A DNA stretch of 64,000 bases from a virus (Duplodnaviria; Heunggongvirae; Uroviricota; Caudoviricetes). The position numbers and the translations under genes were made by a program. The notes below the pieces were generated by a model. That model did not search any database, was not told the DNA's origin, and saw only the letters and a list, made by a program, of their open reading frames with translations. The stretch lies in the IMG/VR virus record IMGVR_UViG_3300017691_000005, positions 30,052 to 94,051 of that record; one strand, given 5' to 3'. Below are positions 52,658 through 62,306 of this stretch, piece by piece (position 1 is the stretch's first letter; each line of letters begins with the position of its first letter).

Positions 52658-54538
52658 ATGCGTCCTAATACACAACTTATCACTCAGCAAGGAGATCTTG
52701 GCGGCGAGAAAGTTGCAATGTCTTTTGATGAAAATAGCATTGCACACCTTATGGGTGTTCTTAGCGACCTTTACAGTGATCCAGAACTAGCAGTAATTCG
52801 AGAATATAGTACTAATGCCCTTGATTCTCATAAAGAGGCTGGAACTACGGCTCCCATTGAGATCTCAACTCCTAACCGTCTGTCTCCCTTCTTTAAGGTA
52901 AAGGACTACGGCGTGGGGATGAGCGCTGAAGATATTCGTAATGTATATTCTAAATACGGTGCTTCAACAAAACGGGGTACAAACACCCAAACGGGAATGC
53001 TTGGTCTAGGATGTAAGAGTGCTCTGACTTATACCAGTCAGTTCACTGTTATTGGAATTAAGAATGGGATCAAGACTCAAGTTTCCATTTCACGCTCTGC
53101 TGATGGCGGGGGAGTGATGGAGGTTATTGACGAAACACCCACCGACCTTCCTAATGGTGTAGAAATTAGTATTCCTGCACAGAGAAGTCACAACTTCGAT
53201 GAAAAGATTATAGACTTTTTTAGGTATTGGGATATTGACTCCGTACTCATTGATGGAGAAAAGCGTAAAGACAACAAGTTTATCAAAATTAGTGACGATC
53301 TTTATCTAGATCCTCGTCGTAACAGCGGCCCAGATAAAATCGTCATGGGTAATATTTCTTATCCCGTCGATACAAAAATCAATTATGATTTTAACTTTCC
53401 CGTAGTTTTTTACGCACCCATTGGCTCAGTAGACTTCACTCCAAGTCGTGAGCAGATGCATATGACCATTAGGACTAATGCTTACATACAGCAACTTAAA
53501 AAAGATGCTGAAAAAATAGTGGAAACATATACCAACGATGCTCTAGCCAATGCCACAACACGGGCAGAAGCGTTGATTGAATCTGCTAAACTGCACAACG
53601 TTCTTCGTATGCAAACAATTACGTGGAACAAAGAAGTTGTGCCTTCTTATTTTACTCGGGATGGGTGGAAGACGAAAGGTTATGGCTACAGCACTAACAA
53701 AGTCTACACTTTGATTCCATATGAAAAGATTGTCACAAACTTTCCTTGTGTCAGTGTTTCTCCAAACCAGAAGAAAAAAATTACTGAGTGGAAGAAACTG
53801 AATAATGTTGATGAAAATGTCCCACTGGTAATTTTTGATAAGTTGCCAGATAACCCTTGGCTAAAAGATTTTCCAGCAATTGACTGGAAAGATATTGACG
53901 CTATTCAACTACCGAAGGCTCCACGGGCTCCGGCTAAAAAGAGGGTTGTTCAGCCTCAAGAAGTACTTCAGTTTTCTGACGGAACTTACGTTACCCCAGC
54001 CCCGACCGGTAAGGATCTGGTATACTGGTTCAAGTCCAACCGGTACCAGGGTTGGCAGTATGAGCCGGTGAGGTCTCTTCTTAAGAATGCTGTAGTCGCT
54101 GAAATACAGCCACGGCAAGAAGATAAATTTAAAAGAAAGAACCCTAAGGCTCAAGAGTTCCGTGAGTACCTTAAATTAAAGATTAAAGAACAGGTGGATG
54201 CACTACCTCCCAACCCACCTGTTAAGGTGCTTCTAGCCCATGAGGATGAACGATGGGCTTACGGTAAAAACATCAATGACTACGACGATCCTGATCTCAA
54301 GAACATTATTGCAAGATTTAAAGAAAGTCGTAATGGTGTTGATCCCCAAGTTAAAAAGATCGATGAAATTATTGATCTTGCCGTTCGATGGGGCGTACCT
54401 CATAAATATGAAATCAAAAAAATCAACCAACCAAGCGTAATTGTTAACAGGTATCCGTTTGTTCACCAAAGTTATCACCACCACAATCTTATACAGCCAA
54501 TGAATGCTGTATACCATCAGTATTACAAAACTAACTAA
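52658..54538 (+). CDS. rIIA: rIIA-like protein (GHKL ATPase fold)
   Basis: LAVIREYSTNALDSH / IEISTPNRLSPFFKVKDYGVGMS / YGASTKRGTNTQTGMLGLGCKSALTY align with T4 rIIA IRAVVRELITNMIDAH / [23 protein letters not shown] / [26 protein letters not shown]. Confidence 0.7.
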   Translation: MRPNTQLITQQGDLGGEKVAMSFDENSIAHLMGVLSDLYSDPELAVIREYSTNALDSHKEAGTTAPIEISTPNRLSPFFKVKDYGVGMSAEDIRNVYSKYGASTKRGTNTQTGMLGLGCKSALTYTSQFTVIGIKNGIKTQVSISRSADGGGVMEVIDETPTDLPNGVEISIPAQRSHNFDEKIIDFFRYWDIDSVLIDGEKRKDNKFIKISDDLYLDPRRNSGPDKIVMGNISYPVDTKINYDFNFPVVFYAPIGSVDFTPSREQMHMTIRTNAYIQQLKKDAEKIVETYTNDALANATTRAEALIESAKLHNVLRMQTITWNKEVVPSYFTRDGWKTKGYGYSTNKVYTLIPYEKIVTNFPCVSVSPNQKKKITEWKKLNNVDENVPLVIFDKLPDNPWLKDFPAIDWKDIDAIQLPKAPRAPAKKRVVQPQEVLQFSDGTYVTPAPTGKDLVYWFKSNRYQGWQYEPVRSLLKNAVVAEIQPRQEDKFKRKNPKAQEFREYLKLKIKEQVDALPPNPPVKVLLAHEDERWAYGKNINDYDDPDLKNIIARFKESRNGVDPQVKKIDEIIDLAVRWGVPHKYEIKKINQPSVIVNRYPFVHQSYHHHNLIQPMNAVYHQYYKTN

Positions 54539-54546
54539 GGAGAAAT

Positions 54547-55650
54547 ATGAAATACTCTCTTGTCAACCACGACACCTTCTCTAACATTACCGTTGTTCAC
54601 GACGGGGAACTTTATACTGCTAGTAACGATCATCCTGCTTTTGAATCTATCGTAAAGGGAGCGATGAGTGGAGATGAATCCATTATTTCGCTATTTAACC
54701 CCGAGAAGGCGGTAGCAGAATCGTTTAACAAGGTATCTGAACGTGTATCACTACGATCAGGTAAGGTATATCTAGACAATGAACTTGTAGATGGCTCTCT
54801 TACTGACCAAATTGTTCGATTCCACAGCGAGGGACAAGACTTCACTCCTCTTGTGAAGTTCCTAGAGAACATTGCTAATAATCCTTCCTCTCACAGTCGT
54901 ACTCAACTTTATGATTGGCTGCGTAACCGAGACTTCACTATTGATTCTGACGGTCATATTATTGGTTACAAGGGCGTTCAGACAAGTACAAATAGTGAAG
55001 GTGTTACTGAGTACCATTCCATTAGCCGTGGTGACGCGATCGTTGATGGTGTCGAGCACAGTGGGGCGATTCCTAACTATGTGGGTGCAGTTGTTGAAAT
55101 GCCTCGTAGCGCTGTTACATGGAACCCCAATATTGCCTGCAACACTGGCCTGCACGCCGGTACATGGCGTTATGCAAGTGACTTTGCCCGTGGCGCTACT
55201 TTGACCGTTAGCATTAATCCTCGTGACGTTGTGTCCGTTCCTCACGACTCTGACTCTGAAAAGATTCGTGTATGCCGATACACTGTTCTTGAAGTAGTTG
55301 ATAGTCCTTATGGTTCTTCTTATCACGATACGACTCCTGTTGAAGAGTCTACTGATGATGCAATTGACTATGAAACTGAAAATGACGAAGACACTGTGGC
55401 GACTGATCCCGCCAGTGATGAGGCGCCCAAAAGCGGAGTTTTTGATGACTCGCAGGAATCTGTTTCAGACGTTGAAAGCGAAGATGAAGACGATTCTGAC
55501 CTAAACGCTGAATGGGATGCTTCTTACGCTTATGAATATAACGAAGATGAAGACGAAGATGATGGAGACGACGAAGATGATCTTGAAGAAGAGCAAACTG
55601 TCGATCCTCCCGTAAAGGGTCTTGATTTTGGCAAATGGGGTACAAACTAA
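54547..55650 (+). CDS. rIIB: rIIB-like protein with acidic C-terminal tail
   Basis: FTPLVKFLENIANNPSSHSRTQLYDWL...DSDGHIIGYKGV and GAVVEMPRSAVTWNPNIACNTGLHAGTWRYA...INPRDVVSVPHDSDSEKIRVCRYTVLEVV align with T4 rIIB. Confidence 0.65.
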   Translation: MKYSLVNHDTFSNITVVHDGELYTASNDHPAFESIVKGAMSGDESIISLFNPEKAVAESFNKVSERVSLRSGKVYLDNELVDGSLTDQIVRFHSEGQDFTPLVKFLENIANNPSSHSRTQLYDWLRNRDFTIDSDGHIIGYKGVQTSTNSEGVTEYHSISRGDAIVDGVEHSGAIPNYVGAVVEMPRSAVTWNPNIACNTGLHAGTWRYASDFARGATLTVSINPRDVVSVPHDSDSEKIRVCRYTVLEVVDSPYGSSYHDTTPVEESTDDAIDYETENDEDTVATDPASDEAPKSGVFDDSQESVSDVESEDEDDSDLNAEWDASYAYEYNEDEDEDDGDDEDDLEEEQTVDPPVKGLDFGKWGTN

Positions 55651-55723
55651 TTAAAACGGTGGGGCGGAATCTTAAGATTCCGCCCCACTTCCCATACAAT
55701 ACGGACAGTGTTAGGGTGTAGCC

Positions 55724-55939
55724 ATGAGTGAAGATGCATTCGAAAAGTTTGGTTCAACCCATAGCAAGCAGGCGTTGATGTATGGGCAGAAGCAGAAGAC
55801 AAAGACCTGCACCTGCGGCCGAGGAAAGATTTACACAGGAGAGAACTCTAAGTTTAATCCTGTTGTTGACGGCCGACAGGTATGCCAGGAGTGCAAGGTA
55901 GATTCTATTTACGCAAGCGTGGGTCTTAATCGTGGATGA
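55724..55939 (+). CDS. small Zn-ribbon protein
   Basis: CTCGRG...CQECK. Confidence 0.35.
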   Translation: MSEDAFEKFGSTHSKQALMYGQKQKTKTCTCGRGKIYTGENSKFNPVVDGRQVCQECKVDSIYASVGLNRG

Positions 55940-56046
55940 TAAATACTATTACGGTGCTGTCGCTAGAGCCTCAGCGCTTATTGCGGGGTATCATGATTGG
56001 ATGAATGTCACTAAATGGCCTATCGAAGATGACACATGGGAAGAGG

Positions 56047-56223
56047 ATGAGATCTTTGGCTAGTCTAGAGTGTTTTGATTGTGATACAGTAATCACTTCT
56101 AAGAGCGTCCACGATTTTCAGAATTGCAAGTGTGGAAATATCTTTGTCGATGGTGGAAATGATTACACTCGTATTGGCTGGAAAAACGGGAACTGGCGTG
56201 AAATTGACGCAAGCGAAGAGTAG
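56047..56223 (+). CDS. small Zn-binding protein (start MRSLASLECFDCDT after GGAAGAGG RBS)
   Basis: CFDCD...CKCG motifs. Confidence 0.3.
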   Translation: MRSLASLECFDCDTVITSKSVHDFQNCKCGNIFVDGGNDYTRIGWKNGNWREIDASEE

Positions 56224-56364
56224 GAGCAGACGAGATGGAGCGCACCGCAGACGACGTGATCGCCGACGTGAAGGACGCCGTGCGAGGTGAGAGCGACGAT
56301 GACAGCATCCGCGTGCCCGTGCGGGACCTGAGACTGCTGCTCGACCGCCTGACCTGAGCGACCG
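56218..56364 (+). other. high-GC mini-cassette 2 (conserved boundaries, one small ORF)
   Basis: about 66% GC; 5' GAGTAGGAGCAGACGAGATGGAGCG, 3' CCTGACCTGAGCGACCG (16 of 17 identical to cassette 1). Confidence 0.5.
56235..56357 (+). CDS. small acidic protein encoded by high-GC cassette 2 (40 aa)
   Basis: MERTADDVIADVKDAVRGESDDDSIRVPVRDLRLLLDRLT; RBS AGGAG. Confidence 0.3.
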   Translation: MERTADDVIADVKDAVRGESDDDSIRVPVRDLRLLLDRLT

Positions 56365-56385
56365 ATACCATCAGACGAAATCAAA

Positions 56386-56553
56386 ATGATTAATATCAAG
56401 CCTTGTAAAAATTGTCATTCACCTGAAAGGCTACAGCGTGTTGATGTATTTCAAACTGCTGATCCTGCACCGCACACTATGACATCGTATAAGATGACAT
56501 GTCTTAATTGCGGTTATATCAACGGCGAAGGAGAAGATAATGGGAGCACCTAG
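56386..56553 (+). CDS. small Zn-ribbon protein (55 aa)
   Basis: CKNCH...CLNCG. Confidence 0.3.
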   Translation: MINIKPCKNCHSPERLQRVDVFQTADPAPHTMTSYKMTCLNCGYINGEGEDNGST

Positions 56554-56890
56554 GTTTTGGTTTAGTGAATACGAATGGCCTAAGGGAAAGTTCTTTGACA
56601 AAGGAAATGACGAGTTTACTCGTTCAACTTTCGTAATTCGCCTGCCAAAAGAACACGCTATCGTAATCCCCTACAAGTATTGTACGTGTGAGGATTGTGA
56701 TGTTCAGCGGGGTGAGAATAACGGGTATAGGCTTATTCTTGAAGACATTGAAGATGATGACGAGTTTGTAGATTATCTCATCAACGTTCACAAGTATTCC
56801 AAGAATAGACTGCCTCTGAATGAGTTTCTTGGATGGTCTGAGGAAGAACTCAATCGGTATTTTAATTACGGGCTTGTTCCTGTATTTTGA
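56540..56890 (+). CDS. hypothetical protein
   Basis: 116 aa ORF. Confidence 0.4.
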   Translation: MGAPRFWFSEYEWPKGKFFDKGNDEFTRSTFVIRLPKEHAIVIPYKYCTCEDCDVQRGENNGYRLILEDIEDDDEFVDYLINVHKYSKNRLPLNEFLGWSEEELNRYFNYGLVPVF

Positions 56891-56959
56891 TTTGACAATG
56901 GAATATAAGACTCCTACCATTAAGTAGATTTTAGAATCTATTTATTAGGAGGTATTAAT

Positions 56960-57313
56960 ATGGCAATTCCAGGTAATTCAGTAAATCCAACACCTGAGAC
57001 ACCCGCTAGCCGTTGGGCTAGAGACACACAGTCTCGTCGTGGTGATGTTCAGATGGCTAAGGATGGAAGCGGTAATCCTATTTTGACCGAAAGAGGCTGG
57101 ACAACTTTGGCTTACCAGTCCGGTACACGTAATGATCGTGAATACGTTCAGCGTCGTGGTGACTGGTACATCAGTGAGACTAATGGAGTGCAGACTTTGG
57201 TTTACGATGTTGACGGACGTAACGACCGTGAGTATGTAAACTACACTACAGGTATTTCCGCTATCACTGGCGCTAAGGGTGATAGATTTGATGCTTTGAA
57301 GGCTGCAACCTGA
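56960..57313 (+). CDS. hypothetical protein with internal repeats (RNDREYV x3)
   Basis: 117 aa; RBS TTAGGAGGTATTAATATG; repeats GTRNDREYVQRRG / GRNDREYVNYT. Confidence 0.4.
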   Translation: MAIPGNSVNPTPETPASRWARDTQSRRGDVQMAKDGSGNPILTERGWTTLAYQSGTRNDREYVQRRGDWYISETNGVQTLVYDVDGRNDREYVNYTTGISAITGAKGDRFDALKAAT

Positions 57314-57337
57314 TCTATTAATCACCATCAAGTTGTA

Positions 57338-57378
57338 GTACACTAGAAGGCGGGAGCAAAACGCTCCCGCCTTCGCCA
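57338..57378 (+). terminator. rho-independent terminator
   Basis: AGGCGGGAGC-AAAACG-CTCCCGCCT followed by a T-rich tract. Confidence 0.55.
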
Positions 57379-57570
57379 TTTATTAGACTAATGTAAGGAA
57401 CATAATGATTCTAAATCTTGCTAATGCAGAAGTATTTGTACGTAAAACTCCCGGCTATTCTTGGGATGGCTGGACTATTGAGCAATTCGTACCTAATGAT
57501 CGTGCAGCAACAAGGGTGAACGGCGCATTCCGTAATGGTGTTTGGGGCTTTCTCAATCGCTATGAAGTAA

Positions 57571-57903
57571 ATGAAAAGGGTAAATACAATCTCCGACACA
57601 GTAATAAATCAGTTAGGTCTTGATCTTCAGTCTTTAGAGTGGCAGAAACTAAGTCTCTGTCCGGGGGTTCCTCCCAAACTCTTCTATGAAGACTATGAAA
57701 AAGATGCAGAAAATGCCAAACAAATAGATGCTTTATGTTTATCTTGTCCAGTGATGAAGCAGTGTGCTGAAGCGGGCATGGATGGGGAGCACGGTGTTTG
57801 GGGTGCTATTTTTTGGGACGGCACTGGCAAACCTGACAAATCAAAGAATAAACATAAAACTGAAAGTGTTTGGGAAGAGATAAGGAGCAGGCTTAGTGAT
57901 TGA
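57571..57903 (+). CDS. WhiB-like (Wbl) Fe-S transcription factor
   Basis: C-x26-C-x2-C-x5-C (LCPGV...LCLSCPVMKQC) followed by the GVWGA turn. Confidence 0.5.
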   Translation: MKRVNTISDTVINQLGLDLQSLEWQKLSLCPGVPPKLFYEDYEKDAENAKQIDALCLSCPVMKQCAEAGMDGEHGVWGAIFWDGTGKPDKSKNKHKTESVWEEIRSRLSD

Positions 57904-58144
57904 TACGATTAAAAATGTTATCAGTTTAAAAGCCGCTCCTTATCGCGGTCTTGAATATGACATTGTTGAATACCCAGGTTATTACACAATGAGACTCTAT
58001 AGAGATAATTTTGACTCATTTCCGGATAATAAACGATTAGCCTTTTCTGAATGGATATCTGAAATAATCAAGAATACCCGCGCGGTAGGTATTGATTTTT
58101 ATTTGGAGGTATACAATGATCGAGAATCCGGTATTCATTCTTAG
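57896..58144 (+). CDS. hypothetical protein
   Basis: 82 aa ORF. Confidence 0.35.
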   Translation: MIDTIKNVISLKAAPYRGLEYDIVEYPGYYTMRLYRDNFDSFPDNKRLAFSEWISEIIKNTRAVGIDFYLEVYNDRESGIHS

Positions 58145-58272
58145 CGAGTCAGTAGTGGGTAAAATGGTAAGACGACTGGCTTATGGGGCAGAAGTAGTAT
58201 TTACTGCTGATGGCATTGTCTACCAAACCTTTGTTGACGATGAAGATTTTATAGAGTTGGAGGGGTATATTA

Positions 58273-58518
58273 ATGAATAAACAAGGAATCACATGCTCTG
58301 TGTGTTCTGCTCAAAAACTGAACCTTGTTGTTAGAAAATCAAAACTCATGACAGATATGAAATTATATTTGTGTAATGAGTGTGATGAAGAGGGTAGAGA
58401 ACCAAGGTATCTAATTATTTTGGTAGGTAGGGCTAAAGGTGGAGAACATGTTTCTAAATACCTTAAGCAAAAAAAGTACGTTGGAAAAGAAATTCTTGCC
58501 ATTGAATTAGTAAAATAA
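58273..58518 (+). CDS. small Zn-ribbon protein
   Basis: CSVCS...CNEC. Confidence 0.35.
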   Translation: MNKQGITCSVCSAQKLNLVVRKSKLMTDMKLYLCNECDEEGREPRYLIILVGRAKGGEHVSKYLKQKKYVGKEILAIELVK

Positions 58519-58542
58519 GTAAGGCAAGATTACAATGAGTTT

Positions 58543-58947
58543 GTGAATAAAATCAGAGCAGAAGTGTGGCGCTTCATGGACCGTCCTGAGTACATGGTGT
58601 TGTTTCTGTTTGCTCTGTTTATTACTATTTACGGCTTCCTAACTTGCACCCCCATTGTGGGGTTTGGCATGGCTTCTGTAACGGCGTCCGCGTGGGGATT
58701 AGATGTTCAAATATGGGCTGGTGTTTACTTTGCTTTTTCAGGCTTAGTAACTCTTTTTGGGTTTGCCCTAAAAAATAAGTTCGTTATTATGCAGGGATCT
58801 TTATCGATGTTCTGCTGCTTTTTGTTTGCATCTATATTAAGAATTCTTACCTACGGTCTGGACCCTCTTGGATGGCTAATCTTTTTATTTATGGCTATAG
58901 TTGTTGGAGCCTGCCGACTATGCCTTGAGAGTAAAAATTCCCCTTGA
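58543..58947 (+). CDS. membrane protein (4 TM)
   Basis: 134 aa hydrophobic ORF. Confidence 0.4.
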   Translation: MNKIRAEVWRFMDRPEYMVLFLFALFITIYGFLTCTPIVGFGMASVTASAWGLDVQIWAGVYFAFSGLVTLFGFALKNKFVIMQGSLSMFCCFLFASILRILTYGLDPLGWLIFLFMAIVVGACRLCLESKNSP

Positions 58948-59243
58948 TGGAAGGTTCAGCCGCAATATTTGCGTTACTCGGGACTATATTTGGTGGCGCT
59001 GGGCTAAAGATCGTTGAGGCTTTACTTTTAAGGAAAAAAGATAGGGATACAACTGCTACTGATTTGAGGCAAGAACTCAGAGAAGAAGTAAGATATCTGA
59101 GAGAACAACTTAAAGATGCTGAAGAAGAGTTAGACGAACAAAGGCAAAAACATCTTGCTGTTATGCAAGATTACTTAGATGTTCAGTCTAAACTAAATGC
59201 TTTGGCAACTGAAATAAAGCCACAAGCACCTAAAGGAGAGTAA
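58944..59243 (+). CDS. membrane-anchored coiled-coil protein (holin/spanin-like?)
   Basis: N-terminal TM then charged coiled coil; directly downstream of the 4-TM protein. Confidence 0.35.
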   Translation: MMEGSAAIFALLGTIFGGAGLKIVEALLLRKKDRDTTATDLRQELREEVRYLREQLKDAEEELDEQRQKHLAVMQDYLDVQSKLNALATEIKPQAPKGE

Positions 59244-59260
59244 TTATTCACTTCCACGTC

Positions 59261-59503
59261 ATGATGAGCGCGGGTGGTGTATGTTTTAGAGAAAAGACCT
59301 TTGAAGATAAGTATGAAGCAATAGAACTGTTTCTAACTCTTCAAAGGTCTTTGTATAGCAATAGCACTACTAATCCTGCTACGGCTGAATTGGCACTCAT
59401 GAAAATGATCGATGCGGAAACCTTTTTAGGTGTTTACATTGGTGATGTTCTGTCAGTATCTCTTCATCCATGTGATAAATGTTTCTTGTATATCTACAAT
59501 TAA
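59261..59503 (+). CDS. hypothetical protein
   Basis: 80 aa ORF. Confidence 0.35.
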   Translation: MMSAGGVCFREKTFEDKYEAIELFLTLQRSLYSNSTTNPATAELALMKMIDAETFLGVYIGDVLSVSLHPCDKCFLYIYN

Positions 59504-59511
59504 GGAAGATA

Positions 59512-59691
59512 ATGAAAACACTTGTTGTTGAAATAGATTTTGATGATGACATTCAAGGCGCCGTTGCTTCTGTATCTGAAGTCTTGGCGAAATTTGAGAT
59601 AAGTAAAATCTCTTGGAAAGACAAACAACCCGCTGGAACGTGGAATCATCGCACCGCTTCAACCGCTAGGAGTGCTCTTGAGGGCATCTGA
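59512..59691 (+). CDS. hypothetical protein
   Basis: RBS TAAGGAAGATAATG. Confidence 0.35.
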   Translation: MKTLVVEIDFDDDIQGAVASVSEVLAKFEISKISWKDKQPAGTWNHRTASTARSALEGI

Positions 59692-59903
59692 GGCTGTCCA
59701 GAGAGTTTTATCTTCGGGCGGTCAGAGGTGGAAGATTGACGGGCAGATGGTTTTGCCTACTGAAAGCCAAATAGAAGATACGATTGATTCAATGGTAGAC
59801 ACATTAATTAGTAATCCTGAAGCCTCGCAGATTGAGGTTGGTGGTGTTATAGTTGCTCGTCTAGAAGGCCATTTCGACATATACGTTAGGGTGGGAGAGT
59901 ATA

Positions 59904-60323
59904 ATGATTGAAAAACTGTATTACACTCATAGTTTTGATGCTGATTCAAGCGCCATGCTAAAAGTTTATTATGCAGCGCCCGAACAAAAACTTGTTATCG
60001 AGTGGGATAACGAAAACTATAGCGTCTATTCTGACATTAGTAGGACTGCCTACGAAGAATTTAAAGCGGCTCCCTCTAAGGGGAGTTTTTATCACACACG
60101 TATCTATAAGAGTGCTAAATGGCAACCTGCAAGTAATAATATTGAATTGGTTGAAACACCTAAAACGATGGTCGCCAATCAAATTTTTACATCAGAAAAG
60201 GATTTTTCTGTTGACAATGGACAAAAGTACTATGAAATCACTACCCGTGTTCCCGCCGGTAGTCTAGAAGAGTTACTACCTAAACTATCTGGCCTCAATG
60301 TAGTAAACATCAAGGTTCTCTAA
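59904..60323 (+). CDS. hypothetical protein
   Basis: 139 aa ORF. Confidence 0.4.
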   Translation: MIEKLYYTHSFDADSSAMLKVYYAAPEQKLVIEWDNENYSVYSDISRTAYEEFKAAPSKGSFYHTRIYKSAKWQPASNNIELVETPKTMVANQIFTSEKDFSVDNGQKYYEITTRVPAGSLEELLPKLSGLNVVNIKVL

Positions 60324-60490
60324 TGGGAATTCTTATTGGCTCTATTATTTTTGGGATTCCACTAGCCATTCTATGTATCTTCTTGAACTATCTTATTGAT
60401 AGATACTTCTTTCTAAGGATTGACCATCAATCGATTGAAAAAGAGACAATTCGTTCGGCTGAAAACCGGGACGATAGTTTATATTACTGA
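60323..60490 (+). CDS. small membrane protein (55 aa)
   Basis: MGILIGSIIFGIPLAILCIFLNYLIDRYFF... Confidence 0.3.
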   Translation: MGILIGSIIFGIPLAILCIFLNYLIDRYFFLRIDHQSIEKETIRSAENRDDSLYY

Positions 60491-60840
60491 TATTGTTCAA
60501 TATGATGATGCCCTCATTGGTGAAATAGACGATGAGGGTACGCTCTTAGTATTTCATCGTTGGCAAGTTAAAGAGATTATTGCTTAAGTTTTAACTCTCA
60601 GTGGTTGCGCCGTCCCGCTCCGTCATGTTAGGTTGTGACAACAGCAGCGACCAAAGAGGGGGTTGTGCATGGACGATATGTTTATTATTCGTGACCAAGA
60701 AACAACTTTGTTGGCTGTAAGAATGCCGAATGATTTCTTTGCTGTTGGTACCGTTAGTAAAGACGGAATACCTAGTGTGTATATGAGCAAAGAACAAGTT
60801 AATGCATTCTGCAAATGGGTCAACCAGCAGGAGGACAATA

Positions 60841-60999
60841 ATGTCTGATACATTCACCCGGGAGCAGATTCTTAATCTTATCTGGATGAAAATAGGAAGT
60901 ATTCCCGGATTCGACCTTAATTCTCAAATTGCCAGGGATACCATTACAGACTATTTTGATAATGAACTAACCTTGATGAAGGAGAATCCTTATGCGTAA
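60841..60999 (+). CDS. hypothetical small protein
   Basis: RBS AGGAGGACAATAATG. Confidence 0.35.
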   Translation: MSDTFTREQILNLIWMKIGSIPGFDLNSQIARDTITDYFDNELTLMKENPYA

Positions 61000-61345
61000 C
61001 ACACCTAGGCGTCCCAAGCGGTATCTAAATGTTACAGGTTTTATTGTCGTGGGAGCATTTATTGCTCTAGTTGTTCTTGCTATCACATTCTTTACAAGTA
61101 AGCATGAAGAAGTTATTACTGTCAGTGACAAAGAGCGGGTGTGTTCTGCCAATACTCATGACTGTAAGTATCTTGTTTTTACCGAAAACGGTACTTATGA
61201 GAACACTGACACGCTTCTAGCGTTTAAGTTCAACTCTTCTGACATTCAAGGACAACTCAAGCCTGGTGAAACGTATACTGTTGACGTTTGGGGTTTTAGG
61301 CAGCCTATTCTTTCTTGGTATCCGAACATCTTGGAGGTTAAGTAA
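60992..61345 (+). CDS. membrane-anchored protein
   Basis: 117 aa, N-terminal TM. Confidence 0.4.
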   Translation: MRNTPRRPKRYLNVTGFIVVGAFIALVVLAITFFTSKHEEVITVSDKERVCSANTHDCKYLVFTENGTYENTDTLLAFKFNSSDIQGQLKPGETYTVDVWGFRQPILSWYPNILEVK

Positions 61346-61521
61346 TGTATCGTTTTTGCATTTATCAAGCCGGTTATGAAAGCATCTGGGAAACCGGCAA
61401 ACTAGCCAGCGCAATTGCTCGTCTAGACGAGTACAAAGATATGTATCTAGATGTTGCAAAGATGTGGATTGAAAAAGATGGAACCGTTATTTACGAATTC
61501 GACTACGAGGATGCGGCATGA
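61345..61521 (+). CDS. hypothetical small protein
   Basis: 58 aa, TAATG coupling. Confidence 0.35.
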   Translation: MYRFCIYQAGYESIWETGKLASAIARLDEYKDMYLDVAKMWIEKDGTVIYEFDYEDAA

Positions 61522-61829
61522 GCGAAAAAATTGTCTGTCGGATCGACGCTAACAAGCGTGAGGTTATTGTCTTCCGTAAGGATGCGGACGGAGAAACCAC
61601 ACAGGAGCGTTATAAGGCGGTACTACTCAAGGATGCTGAGTGGGGCGCGGGGATGGTGAGAGGCGAAGTGGTAGAAACTTATAAATTTCCTGTCACATCT
61701 AATATGCCTAGGCGTGCATATTACAACTCCAATCACGTTCCACGCTATGTGGATAAGTACACCAGGAAAATTCTTACTGAGTCGTCTGCGGTTATGCTCA
61801 CTGGAAGTTCCGCGCTCTATGCAGACTGA
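61518..61829 (+). CDS. hypothetical protein
   Basis: 103 aa ORF. Confidence 0.4.
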   Translation: MSEKIVCRIDANKREVIVFRKDADGETTQERYKAVLLKDAEWGAGMVRGEVVETYKFPVTSNMPRRAYYNSNHVPRYVDKYTRKILTESSAVMLTGSSALYAD

Positions 61830-62295
61830 ACAGGCTCTAGGCAATCTAGATTCAGCAAAGGCAATTTTCGAAGCAGATCGTAAAGGCTGTGTTCCTGATG
61901 GATGGAATCGTGTAGGTTCGGGAGCCTATCGTAATGCTTACCGATCTCCTGATGGTTTTGTGTATAAGGTTTGTAAGCACAGATTTAATTCGAGTGAAGA
62001 CAATGTAGAAGAAATTAACGCATATCAGAAGATTCTGGCTAAAAAACTCACTAAAAGTGGATGGCGTGTAGCGCCGGTAGTCAGTTATGATTTTGTTCAC
62101 GGTTCTTCTAATGTAACAGTCAATGTTATGGAGTTTGTAGAAGGACAACATGAAAAGATGACTTTGGATAACCAATATGAAAAATGGGAAGAAATCGAGA
62201 ATGCTTTCTTTGCATTTGGTTTGATTGACGGTCATTGCGGGAACTATATAGTGACAGGTAATGGTGAAAAGGTAATTATAGATTTGGCTTCGTAA
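61819..62295 (+). CDS. small protein-kinase-like protein (atypical kinase catalytic loop)
   Basis: LIDGHCGNYIV...KVIIDLAS resembles the kinase catalytic loop HxDxxxxN plus a metal-binding DxG-like motif; start moved to MQTEQ. Confidence 0.3.
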   Translation: MQTEQALGNLDSAKAIFEADRKGCVPDGWNRVGSGAYRNAYRSPDGFVYKVCKHRFNSSEDNVEEINAYQKILAKKLTKSGWRVAPVVSYDFVHGSSNVTVNVMEFVEGQHEKMTLDNQYEKWEEIENAFFAFGLIDGHCGNYIVTGNGEKVIIDLAS

Positions 62296-62306
62296 AGGAG
62301 ATCTAG

